DNA from: an uncultured Ferrovum sp.
Lineage (GTDB): Bacteria > Pseudomonadota > Gammaproteobacteria > Burkholderiales > Ferrovaceae
Assembly (NCBI GenBank): GCA_903909215.1
Contig: CAIVUX010000022.1
Location: 7,609-71,608, forward strand
DNA length: 64,000 bases
Direction of reading: 5' to 3'
Position numbers and translations under genes: made by a program
Shown here: in pieces, positions 21,538 through 31,037 of the stretch
How positions within the stretch are numbered: the stretch's first letter is position 1
Layout of the letters: each line of letters begins with the position of its first letter
Notes under the pieces: model-generated
The model's input: the letters and a program-made list of their open reading frames with translations, nothing else
Told to the model about the DNA's origin: nothing
Databases searched by the model: none

Positions 21538-22980
21538 CTAAGCCGTGCCGCCCACTGTTAGAGAATCAATCTTCAATGTGGGCTGCCCCACACCCACAGG
21601 AACGCTCTGCCCTTCCTTGCCGCATACCCCCACACCAGGGTCTAGGGCCATATCATTGCCAATCATAGAAACGCGCGTCAGTACGTCTGGGCCATTACCA
21701 ATTAAGGTGGCGCCTTTTACAGGCGTGGTGAGCTTGCCATTTTCAATTAACCAAGCTTCGGCTGCTGAAAAAACAAACTTACCACTTGTGATATCCACTT
21801 GCCCACCTCCAAAGTTAACCGCGTACAGACCGTTTTTCACGGAAGCGATAATTTCTTCTGGGGGGCGGTTGCCATTCAACATATAGGTGTTGGTCATTCG
21901 CGGCATGGGGATATGGGCAAAGGATTCACGTCGCGCGTTACCCGTAATAGGCATTTTCATTAAACGGGCGTTGAGGGTGTCTTGCATATACCCTTTTAAG
22001 ATGCCGTCTTCAATTAAGGTGGTGCATTGCGTGGGGTTGCCCTCATCATCGCGGGTCAGTGAACCCCGGCGATTGGGCAAAGTGCCATCATCGCGTACCG
22101 TTACGCCCGGTGCGGCCACGCGCTCACCGATACGGCCAGCAAAAGCCGAGCTGCCTTTGCGGTTAAAGTCGCCCTCCAAGCCATGACCAATGGCTTCATG
22201 CAACAAAATGCCCGGCCAACCCGATCCCAACACCACAGTCATGGTGCCTGCGGGTGCCGGACGCGCGGCCAAGTTGGTTACCGCTTGGTGCACCGCTTGT
22301 GCGGCGTAATCGCGCAATTGCGCTTCGGTAAAATATTCATAACCATGTCGCCCACCGCCACCAGCCGAGCCTTGCTCGCGCACGCCGCCTTGCTCGGCAA
22401 TAACCTGAATGGACACCCGTACCAGAGGGCGAATATCGGCGCTGAGTTGCCCATCGCTGCGCGCCACCAAAATCACTTCAAACTCGCCCGCTATGGATGC
22501 CATCACTTGTGTCACACGCGGGTCTAATGCTTTGGCATATCCCTCAAGGCGTTCCAAGAGTTGAACTTTTTCAGCATCAGCCAGAGTAGCCAATGGATCT
22601 TGAGGCACATACAGTTGCGCTGTGATCGGGCTGACGCGCAGCACCCGTTGCGCGGCCTCTTGCCCCGCGCGACCAATGGCGCGCGTAGCCAGAGCGGCTT
22701 GCTGTAATGAATGCAGATTAATGTCATCAGAATAAGCAAATGCCGTGCGCTCGCCACTTACCGCGCGCACGCCCACCCCTTGCTCGATATGAAACGAGCC
22801 GGACTTTACCTGCCCCTCTTCCAAGCTCCAGCCTTCCATACGGCTGTATTGAAAATACAGATCGGCATAATCCACATTATGGGTCATCATCTGACCGAAA
22901 ACGCGCTCCAAATGAGCGCTGTCTAACCCGTAGGGGCTAAGCAGCGTGGCCTGGGCGATGTCAATGGCGGTACTGGGCAT
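21538..22980 (-). CDS. tldD: Metalloprotease TldD
   Basis: 480 aa with an HEAIGHGLEGD motif. It sits in the conserved tldD / CN-hydrolase / yhdP neighbourhood. Confidence 0.93.
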   Translation of the reverse strand: MPSTAIDIAQATLLSPYGLDSAHLERVFGQMMTHNVDYADLYFQYSRMEGWSLEEGQVKSGSFHIEQGVGVRAVSGERTAFAYSDDINLHSLQQAALATRAIGRAGQEAAQRVLRVSPITAQLYVPQDPLATLADAEKVQLLERLEGYAKALDPRVTQVMASIAGEFEVILVARSDGQLSADIRPLVRVSIQVIAEQGGVREQGSAGGGGRHGYEYFTEAQLRDYAAQAVHQAVTNLAARPAPAGTMTVVLGSGWPGILLHEAIGHGLEGDFNRKGSSAFAGRIGERVAAPGVTVRDDGTLPNRRGSLTRDDEGNPTQCTTLIEDGILKGYMQDTLNARLMKMPITGNARRESFAHIPMPRMTNTYMLNGNRPPEEIIASVKNGLYAVNFGGGQVDITSGKFVFSAAEAWLIENGKLTTPVKGATLIGNGPDVLTRVSMIGNDMALDPGVGVCGKEGQSVPVGVGQPTLKIDSLTVGGTA

Positions 22981-22990
22981 TAAGTGTTTC

Positions 22991-23902
22991 CTATTTTGGT
23001 TTCTTGGGGGCGGTTAACCCCAAGGTGCGGTGTGTGAGAGCGGGCAAGCTTAAACGCAAATCGGCCAAGTGAATGGGGTTTACGCCGGCAATGACAATGC
23101 CAGAACCGCGCGGCAATTGGTCGAGAACCACGCCCCAAGGATCCACAATCATACTGGAGCCATGGGTTTCACGACCATTCTTGTGATAACCCCCTTGCGC
23201 GGGCGCCACCACATAGGCCAGGTTTTCAATGGCGCGTGCACGGATCAGGGTTTCCCAATGGGCGCGGCCCGTGGTCTCGGTAAATGCTGAGGGGATAAAA
23301 ATTAAATCCACCGAACCCATGGCGCGGTAGAGCTCGGGAAAGCGCAAGTCGTAGCAGATGGATAGACCAATACGTCCGAAGGGGCTGTCGAGAGCCACTA
23401 CTTCATCGCCCGGTTGAATGGTTTTTTCTTCTTCGTAATGCTCAGCGCCCCGCCTAAAGCCAAACAAATGAATTTTGTCGTAACGGGCTACGCAATGGCC
23501 TTCGCTATTAAACACCAGGCAACTGTTGCGAATTTTTTTAGGGTCAGACCCCGTTAAGGGGGCTGACCCCTTAATCGTTTTAATCGGCACCGAGCCGCCC
23601 ACAATCCACACGCCATAACGCACCGCGGCACGTGCCAGAAATTCTTGAATGGGGCCTTTGCCAAAATCTTCTGCAGCGTTAATTTTATCTGTTTCACGCA
23701 TGCCCATAATGGCGAAATATTCTGGTAATGCCACAATAGAGGCACCTTGATCTGCCGCCATTTTAATGAGTCGACCGGCTTCAGATAGGTTTCCACCCAC
23801 ATTAGGACCCGAGGCCATCTGGATGGCGGCCACGCGAAAACTACCCGGTAAAGGGCGCGCTTTACCAAATCCTGAATCAATTTTTTTAGGGGAAACGCTC
23901 AT
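22991..23902 (-). CDS. Carbon-nitrogen hydrolase (nitrilase superfamily) protein
   Basis: The Glu-Lys-Cys triad contexts are present: VALPEYF, RYDKIHLF, GLSICYDLRFPE. The start was trimmed to the ATG at 23902 (MSVSPKK...), 10 nt downstream of the yhdP stop. The gene carries a palindrome pair in a loop (KGSAPLTGSDPKK). Confidence 0.85.
   Translation of the reverse strand: MSVSPKKIDSGFGKARPLPGSFRVAAIQMASGPNVGGNLSEAGRLIKMAADQGASIVALPEYFAIMGMRETDKINAAEDFGKGPIQEFLARAAVRYGVWIVGGSVPIKTIKGSAPLTGSDPKKIRNSCLVFNSEGHCVARYDKIHLFGFRRGAEHYEEEKTIQPGDEVVALDSPFGRIGLSICYDLRFPELYRAMGSVDLIFIPSAFTETTGRAHWETLIRARAIENLAYVVAPAQGGYHKNGRETHGSSMIVDPWGVVLDQLPRGSGIVIAGVNPIHLADLRLSLPALTHRTLGLTAPKKPK
23540..23570. repeat. 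Degenerate inverted pair of the 13-bp palindrome (AGGGTCAGACCCC, then gttaa, then GGGGGCTGACCCC)
   Basis: Each copy differs from GGGGTCWGACCCC at one position. On the minus strand it is read as G-S-A-P-L-T-G-S-D-P inside the CN-hydrolase gene. Confidence 0.85.
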
Positions 23903-23912
23903 CACAAACCTC

Positions 23913-26900
23913 TTAACGTGTCTCGGGGTTGTTCGGAGTGGCATGATTAACAGGTGCAGGCGTAGTGGCCGCACTGACCGACTGAATCAGCGGATCATCC
24001 CAGCCACCTTCGATGGAATATTCATAAGTTAAGGCTTTATCCAATGGGTTCTTTAACAATTTCTGCAGCAGGTAAGAGGCGGCGCCCGCTACCGGCCCGC
24101 CAATTAAGGTGGTGGCTAAGGACACGCTGCTGCCCACATCAGGGGAGACCCGTGCGCGCATTTGCGTGGTTTCATCGGGAATATTAATTTTGCCCGATAA
24201 CAATACGCGCGCCGCCGGGCCGGTCATATCAAAGTCACGGGTACTTAACACACCATGATCCATGACGAAATTTCCAGTGAGGGAATCAAAACCAAAACCA
24301 TCTGAAAAGAAATCATGAAAGTCTAAGGTGATGCGGCGCGGCAAAGCCTGCAAGCTTAACAACCCCATCAACCGTCCGGCTCCACCGGGCTCTACTTTTG
24401 AAAACTGACCGTCATGTAAATCTAAGTTGATCATGCCTGCGGTTTTATTTATAGCGAAGTTCGTGGGGTTACCTCGCCAGGAAAGCTGGCCGCGCACATC
24501 GCCCTTGGTGCGCACCAAAGTTTTTGGGTAACCCAAATTATTGAGGAATTTTCCAAAATCAGTGGCTTTAAGCCGCACATTAAATTGTGATTGCGGGATA
24601 GCGCCGCCTGTCCAGCGACCATCGCCCTCAACCGAGGCTTCCGGCGTGGTGATCGACATGCGTTCCACACGCCAAACCACGCCTTCGCGCAGTGCCACCA
24701 ATTGTAAGCGACCCATGGGTTTTCCTAGGGCGCTGAATTGATCCGCGATGACATCCACATTGGGCATATTTTGCTCTTGTATATCCAAGTTGGGCTCAAT
24801 GACCCCCGTGGAGGGGGCCGCGGCTGGAACAGTGAGACGTGTGAAATGGCCCTTCAGACGACCGTTTTCAGCAGCAGACCAAGTCAGATCGCCCTCCACT
24901 TCAGAGCCCCGGCTTTGCACATTCCAATGATCGCCTTCTTGGTTGGCTTTTATTTGATGAAGCCCCCAGGTGCGGCCAGCCCAACGCACATCTTCCAGGA
25001 CCATATCCACACGACTGATGGGCCCAAAAGAAGAGACTTCCTTAGCAGCGTCCGGTTTTGCCTCTATTAATTTTTGCCAGGCACTAAGATCGGCATGTGC
25101 CAGACGACCGGTGAGGGCATAGCCCTCGCCAGCAACGGCCTTAACAGGCCCGCCTATATTCACAACACCCCGCAGAACTTGCATAACCCCTTTTGGTGTA
25201 TTGGCGGCCCAAGCTTCTGCACCCAACCAATTACCCAACACTACATTCACGCGCGTCAGGCTATTGTCCGTGGATTCTGTACGCACCTGCAGGGGTAGGT
25301 TTTCACGGGGGCGTTTATTGAACGGGGCGGGTAAATCGATACTTACCCCCACCAATGATGAAGTGAGCATGCTGCGCATTTGATCGCCCTGCTGCTCGAT
25401 GCGCGCTGCCCAAGAAAAACCGCCTTTGGCATGGTCGGTAATCCAACCATAACCCAAGCGACGCACATTAGTCACATTGGCATGGCCCGACGCGTTGGCC
25501 ACAATAACCCCAGGGGATGAACCTGTAATCAATACCGTGGCAGGTTCTTGCAGCACCAAGGCGGCACCTGAGAAGCTGACATCGTGATGCTCTGAACGCA
25601 GGGCCACATGGCCATTCCAATTCAGGGGGCTGTCTAACAATTTAAATGGACCATTGGGATAACGGCGCGTTAGGGCAGCCGCCGAACTGCGGCCCTTTAG
25701 GGTTAAATCAACAGTGCCGTCTTGTAATGTTCCAAGATGCACGTTCACGGGCTCGCCCAGATAAGCCACTTTGGAATCCACCGTCAACTCTGTGGTCTTG
25801 GCTGTAAAACGAAAATGTCCTTGCCATGCTTCTTTACCCGATACATCAGCCAATATGGGTTCGTGATACACCTGAATCAGTTTCGCCATATCCCCTGTCC
25901 CATCGGCCTCTAAGGTGATGTCGCCATTGGGTAGAGTATTTAAGGAAAAATGGGCGGGGCCTGCCAAAATAGTGCCACTTAAGGCTTGCGATGAAACACC
26001 TTGCTCAGTAAACAACAGGTGGCCGGTAACCTGCATGATGGGCGGAATGCCCACAGCAGTACCATCAATATTGGAATCTTGAAATTGATAATCCCCCTTA
26101 ACTGTGGTGGCATCGGCATTGCGCAAGGGTACGTGTAAGTCCAGCAGTAAGTGGCCAGCCCCCACGCCCTGAATAGCATCAGACACGTGATGGATGTAAC
26201 CTGACACCGGGCTTTTAACAATAAAGCCCAAGGCATCCGAGAGCGTGCCATCCAGCTCGCCTTGTATGTATAAATGCTCATCGCCTTGTGTGAGATCTGG
26301 GATACGTGCATGGGCAGAGCGAATATGTGAATTTAAAGTAACCCCATCCACGGCCGCAATGGACAGCTGTTCACCGCGCAAAGACAAAGTACCGCGAATC
26401 CCTGTAATCGCCGGCCAAGCGGGATCGTAGCGCAACTGTGCGTCCACTAAATCGGCCGATACTCTGAACACCCCTCCCTTATCATGCGGGAAGGGAAATT
26501 TTTGCAAATCCCCTTTCATCTGAAAGGTGACATGTTGCCCCATACCGCCTTGCAATGATTGACGCAACCAAACACGTGCATCATCAGATATCCCTACGGG
26601 CAAATAACGCCACACGGCGGCCACTTGCGCACGTTGCAGCTCCCCGCTTAAAGTGCTCTCGCCTGGTCCATCGGGACCTAAGGTGACAGCACCTGTCACG
26701 TAGCCGGCTGCATCAGCATTGGCTACCTCTAATCGTGTTACGGTTAGGCGTGTATTGACGCCTTGCACGACCCAACCTGCATCGACGCTGTAACTTTGAA
26801 AATCCAAGGGGGTTGGAAACACTGTGGGTGCGTTTACCGTAATCAGATCGCCGTGCCCTTTTAGCGCGCCGCTTTCTGGATTACTGGCCACATACCCGGT

Positions 26901-28169
26901 AAAGTTGTGAATGGCAGGCCATCCATTGAGTGCGCTGACAGAAAAACCCACTAGATTGGCTTGCATCGACAAAGCGCTCATGGATTCTAAGGTACCGTTC
27001 CAGCTTAACGACAGCTTGCTGGCCACACCTTTAAGCCCTGCGTTATTCCATTGCGTGCGCTGCACGGCGCTTAAGGGCAATAAATCCAACACCGCAGAGG
27101 CTTGCGCTGCGCTCAATTGATTAACAGTTAAAGCGCCCCCTTTTTGCGTATTGAGAAAGCGCGCTTCCAAAGGTTGGGTTATGTGAACACTGCAAACCCC
27201 ATCGCAGCTTAGGTGATGCGCCGACATCTCATAACCACCTGTTACATGCATAAAGCCCAGTTGCCCTTTGAGATGATCAAATTGCAACGCTGCTAAGTGC
27301 GGGTCAACATGCACGATCACCTGACGCAGATCGGTCTCTATATCCACGCCCCACTGCTGTTGTTCTCTGGCGCTTATTGTGGCTGTGACAGTGCCATAGG
27401 CACGCTCAATCAAACCCAACTGTGGCAACCACGGTTTTAGGGCCGCCGCATCTATGCGTTCGGCATGAACCACAGCTTTGCCGCGCCAATCGGCAAAGGT
27501 TGTAATGTCGCTTCCGTTAAAATCGGCTTCTAGGTGCGTATGCGTGGCCAAGGCGTCTGGTGGATCGAAATCTGCCTCCATGCGATGCCGGTTGCCGCTG
27601 TTGCGAATACGAATCTGTCCATTTTGCAAAACCAAGGGGGCGGCTGCCAACTGATCATCAAACCATGTAATCCGTGCATGGGTAATCCGAATTTCGCCTT
27701 GGTTGAGTAGCCAATCCAGAAAATTACTGGGCCCCTCTGGGTTGCGCGGTAGGGGAATGCCGGAGAGCAGCAACAAACCATCAGGGGCCCGGCGCAAGGT
27801 CAACGTGGGTTCATTAATAATCAGCGTGCTGAGATCCAGACGACCGCGCAACAGGCCCCATAAGGATAAACGCCCCTGCACATGATCCAACGCCAAGCCG
27901 GGCTTGCCTTGCGGGTCATAAATCGTAATCTGGTCCATGGATAGGGTCGGCAAAAGCCCTATTCCGGTGGAATTTAGCTGGCCAATCTCCACCCGAGTGC
28001 CTATGGCCTTACTCAGCGCCTCTATGACCTGTGGACGATAACGACCCACATCATTGAGGACCGTAAATTGCAATACCAGCCATCCAAATAGGACTAAAAC
28101 TGTCAAAAAGAGGCTGGCCCATAGCAATAGGCGGCGGGAATGGCGCAGGACTGTAAGAAAATGATTCAT
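23913..28169 (-). CDS. yhdP: YhdP-family (AsmA-like, TIGR02099-type) large envelope protein
   Basis: 1418 aa with a single N-terminal TM segment followed by a very long beta-rich periplasmic region. Size and neighbourhood match betaproteobacterial yhdP. Confidence 0.8.
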   Translation of the reverse strand: MNHFLTVLRHSRRLLLWASLFLTVLVLFGWLVLQFTVLNDVGRYRPQVIEALSKAIGTRVEIGQLNSTGIGLLPTLSMDQITIYDPQGKPGLALDHVQGRLSLWGLLRGRLDLSTLIINEPTLTLRRAPDGLLLLSGIPLPRNPEGPSNFLDWLLNQGEIRITHARITWFDDQLAAAPLVLQNGQIRIRNSGNRHRMEADFDPPDALATHTHLEADFNGSDITTFADWRGKAVVHAERIDAAALKPWLPQLGLIERAYGTVTATISAREQQQWGVDIETDLRQVIVHVDPHLAALQFDHLKGQLGFMHVTGGYEMSAHHLSCDGVCSVHITQPLEARFLNTQKGGALTVNQLSAAQASAVLDLLPLSAVQRTQWNNAGLKGVASKLSLSWNGTLESMSALSMQANLVGFSVSALNGWPAIHNFTGYVASNPESGALKGHGDLITVNAPTVFPTPLDFQSYSVDAGWVVQGVNTRLTVTRLEVANADAAGYVTGAVTLGPDGPGESTLSGELQRAQVAAVWRYLPVGISDDARVWLRQSLQGGMGQHVTFQMKGDLQKFPFPHDKGGVFRVSADLVDAQLRYDPAWPAITGIRGTLSLRGEQLSIAAVDGVTLNSHIRSAHARIPDLTQGDEHLYIQGELDGTLSDALGFIVKSPVSGYIHHVSDAIQGVGAGHLLLDLHVPLRNADATTVKGDYQFQDSNIDGTAVGIPPIMQVTGHLLFTEQGVSSQALSGTILAGPAHFSLNTLPNGDITLEADGTGDMAKLIQVYHEPILADVSGKEAWQGHFRFTAKTTELTVDSKVAYLGEPVNVHLGTLQDGTVDLTLKGRSSAAALTRRYPNGPFKLLDSPLNWNGHVALRSEHHDVSFSGAALVLQEPATVLITGSSPGVIVANASGHANVTNVRRLGYGWITDHAKGGFSWAARIEQQGDQMRSMLTSSLVGVSIDLPAPFNKRPRENLPLQVRTESTDNSLTRVNVVLGNWLGAEAWAANTPKGVMQVLRGVVNIGGPVKAVAGEGYALTGRLAHADLSAWQKLIEAKPDAAKEVSSFGPISRVDMVLEDVRWAGRTWGLHQIKANQEGDHWNVQSRGSEVEGDLTWSAAENGRLKGHFTRLTVPAAAPSTGVIEPNLDIQEQNMPNVDVIADQFSALGKPMGRLQLVALREGVVWRVERMSITTPEASVEGDGRWTGGAIPQSQFNVRLKATDFGKFLNNLGYPKTLVRTKGDVRGQLSWRGNPTNFAINKTAGMINLDLHDGQFSKVEPGGAGRLMGLLSLQALPRRITLDFHDFFSDGFGFDSLTGNFVMDHGVLSTRDFDMTGPAARVLLSGKINIPDETTQMRARVSPDVGSSVSLATTLIGGPVAGAASYLLQKLLKNPLDKALTYEYSIEGGWDDPLIQSVSAATTPAPVNHATPNNPETR

Positions 28170-28246
28170 AACCTTAGGATTATATCGCCTTTGTAGCCAC
28201 CCCCAACATCCGCTAAACTGTTTGTTTTAGCGAATGGAGCACGACA

Positions 28247-29173
28247 ATGTCAATGTCCGACCGGGACGGGATGATCTGGCAAGATGGCCAACTGATCAAC
28301 TGGCGAGACGCCACGACCCACGTATTAACCCATTCCCTGCATTATGGCTTGGCGGTATTTGAGGGTGTGCGCGCCTATAAAACCGCCCGCGGAACTGCCA
28401 TTTTCCGGCTGCGCGAGCATACAGAGCGCCTGCTGCGTTCGGCCCATATCCTGCAAATGCCTATGCCCTACACATTAGAGGTCTTAATGAAGGCGCAGAT
28501 GGAGACCGTAGCGACCAATCAATTGGAAGAATGCTATATCCGCCCCCTGGCTTTCTTGGGCTCAGAAAAAATGGGTGTTTCCCCACGTGGCGCCAAAACC
28601 CACGTCATCATCGCCGCCTGGCCTTGGGGGGCCTATTTGGGTGAATCGGCCTTGGAACAGGGTATTCGCGTCAAAACATCCTCATTTACGCGCCATCACC
28701 CCAATATCACCATGACCAAGGCCAAGGCCAGTGGCAATTACATGAACTCCATCTTGGCCAACAACGAAGCCACCACCGATGGCTACGATGAAGCCCTATT
28801 GTTGGATGTGGATGGTTTTGTGGCGGAAGGCTCTGGTGAAAATATATTCATCATTAAACGCGGCATCCTCTCAACTCCCGATCTTTCTAGCGCGCTAGAG
28901 GGCATCACGCGCGATTGCATTTTTCAGTTGGCGGCGGAAGAAGGCCTTACGGTTTTAGAGCGCCGCATTTCACGCGACGAGCTCTATAGCGCGGATGAAG
29001 CCTTCTTTACGGGTACTGCTGCTGAAGTCACCCCCATTCGTGAAGTGGATAATCGCATCATCGGTACAGGCAGTCGCGGCCCCATCACCACGCGCTTGCA
29101 ATCACTGTATTTTGATTGCGTGAAAGGCCGCTCGCCCCAACATCAGGATTGGTTAACCCTCATAGGAGCTTAA
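28247..29173 (+). CDS. ilvE: Branched-chain amino acid aminotransferase (fold type IV)
   Basis: 308 aa. Contains HSLHYGLAVFEGVRAY, a PLP-lysine region (TKAKASGNYMNS) and EGSGENIF. Confidence 0.93.
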   Translation: MSMSDRDGMIWQDGQLINWRDATTHVLTHSLHYGLAVFEGVRAYKTARGTAIFRLREHTERLLRSAHILQMPMPYTLEVLMKAQMETVATNQLEECYIRPLAFLGSEKMGVSPRGAKTHVIIAAWPWGAYLGESALEQGIRVKTSSFTRHHPNITMTKAKASGNYMNSILANNEATTDGYDEALLLDVDGFVAEGSGENIFIIKRGILSTPDLSSALEGITRDCIFQLAAEEGLTVLERRISRDELYSADEAFFTGTAAEVTPIREVDNRIIGTGSRGPITTRLQSLYFDCVKGRSPQHQDWLTLIGA

Positions 29174-29176
29174 ATA

Positions 29177-29380
29177 ATGTCTGACCTTGCTCAATTAGAT
29201 CAAAAAATTGTCGCAGTAACAGCGCAAGATCTGCCCCTGCATTGCCCGCAACCTGCGGTAAAGCTGTGGGACACGCACCCCAGAGTGTTTTTAGATGTGG
29301 CGCGCACCGGTCATGCGCAATGCCCTTACTGCGGCACGCGCTATGAATTAAAGGGCGACGCGCCCCGCGGCGGGCATTGA
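29177..29380 (+). CDS. Small zinc-finger (zf-CHCC-like) protein
   Basis: 67 aa. LHCP ... HAQCPYCGTRY provides the metal ligands. It is tightly packed between ilvE and waaF, with a 4-nt overlap with waaF. Confidence 0.6.
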   Translation: MSDLAQLDQKIVAVTAQDLPLHCPQPAVKLWDTHPRVFLDVARTGHAQCPYCGTRYELKGDAPRGGH

Positions 29381-30378
29381 GCTCACGCATTCTTATTGTC
29401 GGCGCCGCCTGGGTGGGCGACGCTGTACTGTCACAACCCTTGCTGGCCACACTGGCCGCACGCACTCCCCAACCTGAAATTCATATATTGGCTCCTGCTT
29501 TTACACAGGGGGTGTTGGCCCGCATGCCCGCAGTAACACGCATTATTGACAGTCCATTCAAGCATGGGGAATTGGGTTTGTTGACACGCTGGAGGTTGGG
29601 GCGATTTTTATCGCAACAGCAGTACAGCCAAGCCATCGTATTGCCCAACTCATTTAAATCTGCCTTAGTACCGTACTTTGCCAGCATTCCACTGCGCACA
29701 GGTATGGTGGGTGAATGGCGCAAGGGATTATTAAACGATGCGCGGGTATTGAATAAAACAACTTTGCCCTTGATGGTGGAACGTTTTGCTTCACTGGCAC
29801 TTGCCGCTGACGCGCCCCTGGCGCGTCCAGTGCCTCCGCCCCAATTGGTGGTAGAGCCTGCGGCACAAGCGTTGGCGTTGCGACGCTTAAATCTTTCAAC
29901 CCAGCAGCCCATCGCGGCGTTATGTCCAGGCGCTGAGTATGGCACCGCCAAGCGCTGGCCTGCCCGACACTTTGCCACCTTGGCGCGCACGTGGTTGGCT
30001 CAGGGGTTTCAAATTTGGTTGATGGGTTCCCCTAAAGATAGCCCCGTGGCACAGGCGGTGATGGATGGGTTGGTGGGCCCCATTCACAACCTATGCGGCA
30101 AAACTTCTCTTGCAGAAGCGGTGGATTTGATGGCCTTGAGCCAGCGTGTGGTGAGCAATGATTCAGGGTTGATGCATGTGGCTGCCGCTTTAAATCGCCC
30201 CCTGGTGGCCGTGTTTGGTTCTTCCAGTCCAGAATTCACACCACCCCTATCCAATCAGGCGCATGTGGTGCGTTTGGGTTTGCCCTGCAGCCCCTGTTTT
30301 CAACGTGAATGCCCATTGGGTCATTTAAATTGTTTAGAGCAGCTCACACCCGAGCATGTTTTGCAGGTGTGGACTTAA
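29377..30378 (+). CDS. waaF: ADP-heptose:LPS heptosyltransferase II (GT9)
   Basis: 333 aa. N-terminus ILIVGAAWVGDAVLSQPL, C-terminal NDSGLMHVAAAL and CSPCFQRECPLGH motifs. Confidence 0.85.
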   Translation: MSSRILIVGAAWVGDAVLSQPLLATLAARTPQPEIHILAPAFTQGVLARMPAVTRIIDSPFKHGELGLLTRWRLGRFLSQQQYSQAIVLPNSFKSALVPYFASIPLRTGMVGEWRKGLLNDARVLNKTTLPLMVERFASLALAADAPLARPVPPPQLVVEPAAQALALRRLNLSTQQPIAALCPGAEYGTAKRWPARHFATLARTWLAQGFQIWLMGSPKDSPVAQAVMDGLVGPIHNLCGKTSLAEAVDLMALSQRVVSNDSGLMHVAAALNRPLVAVFGSSSPEFTPPLSNQAHVVRLGLPCSPCFQRECPLGHLNCLEQLTPEHVLQVWT

Positions 30379-31037
30379 CTGTTTTGAAATACGTCGGCCA
30401 GTAAGTCCACGTCCTGCAAAATACCTTTATCCTCCACATCCACCCAAGTAATGCTTAGAGCATGGCGTTGCAACAGTGAGCGCGCCCCTTCATCACCTCG
30501 CAGTGCCATAAGCTCATTCCAATAGCGTCGAGAAAAGCCCACCGGATTACCCCGTGACCCCTGATAACACGGCACCACGATATCCGCCCCTTGCTCTAAG
30601 GCTTCTCGCAGCGCCGACACGGTGGAGGACTGTACCCAAGGCATATCGCCCAAGGCAACAATCCAGCCTGCAGCATCCGCGCTGCCCATAAGACCGCTGC
30701 GCAAGCTGAGCGACTGGCTTGGGATTAGTAAATATGGGGTCTGACCCCTGGGGGGGTCAGACCCCATATTTACCGTGTTTACCATGCTGACTAACTTCAA
30801 GTCAGCGGAGGTTACAGACACCACTGTTAAATTGGGACGCGAGGCGCCTATGGGGTTTTGTTGCAAAACGGCGCATAGGGGGGATGAGTCATCAGGCACC
30901 ACCGCCAGACTTTGCTGCAACGAGACCAAGCATTGAGCGGCGCGTACCACTACCGGCACGCCTTCTAATGCATGCAGTAATTTGTTGCTGCCAAAGCGTG
31001 AACTCTGCCCTGCGGCCAACAAAATTCCCACGATCAT
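30375..31037 (-). CDS. MobA-like NTP transferase (MocA-type molybdenum cofactor cytidylyltransferase) carrying a palindromic-element insertion
   Basis: N-terminus GILLAAGQSSRFGSNKLL and GDMPWV are typical of the MobA/MocA family. An ATGA overlap links it to xdhC. At 220 aa it is about 25 aa longer than the family members I remember, and the extra segment coincides with the repeat at 30729-30772. Confidence 0.8.
   Translation of the reverse strand: MIVGILLAAGQSSRFGSNKLLHALEGVPVVVRAAQCLVSLQQSLAVVPDDSSPLCAVLQQNPIGASRPNLTVVSVTSADLKLVSMVNTVNMGSDPPRGQTPYLLIPSQSLSLRSGLMGSADAAGWIVALGDMPWVQSSTVSALREALEQGADIVVPCYQGSRGNPVGFSRRYWNELMALRGDEGARSLLQRHALSITWVDVEDKGILQDVDLLADVFQNS
30729..30772. repeat. Perfect 20-bp inverted repeat: TAAATAT-GGGGTCTGACCCC, a 4-nt spacer (tggg), then GGGGTCAGACCCC-ATATTTA
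   Basis: Read directly from the sequence. On the minus strand it is translated in frame as V-N-M-G-S-D-P-P-R-G-Q-T-P-Y-L inside the MocA-like gene. A second 7-bp-stem hairpin, GCTGACT/AGTCAGC, lies at 30786-30806. Confidence 0.95.
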
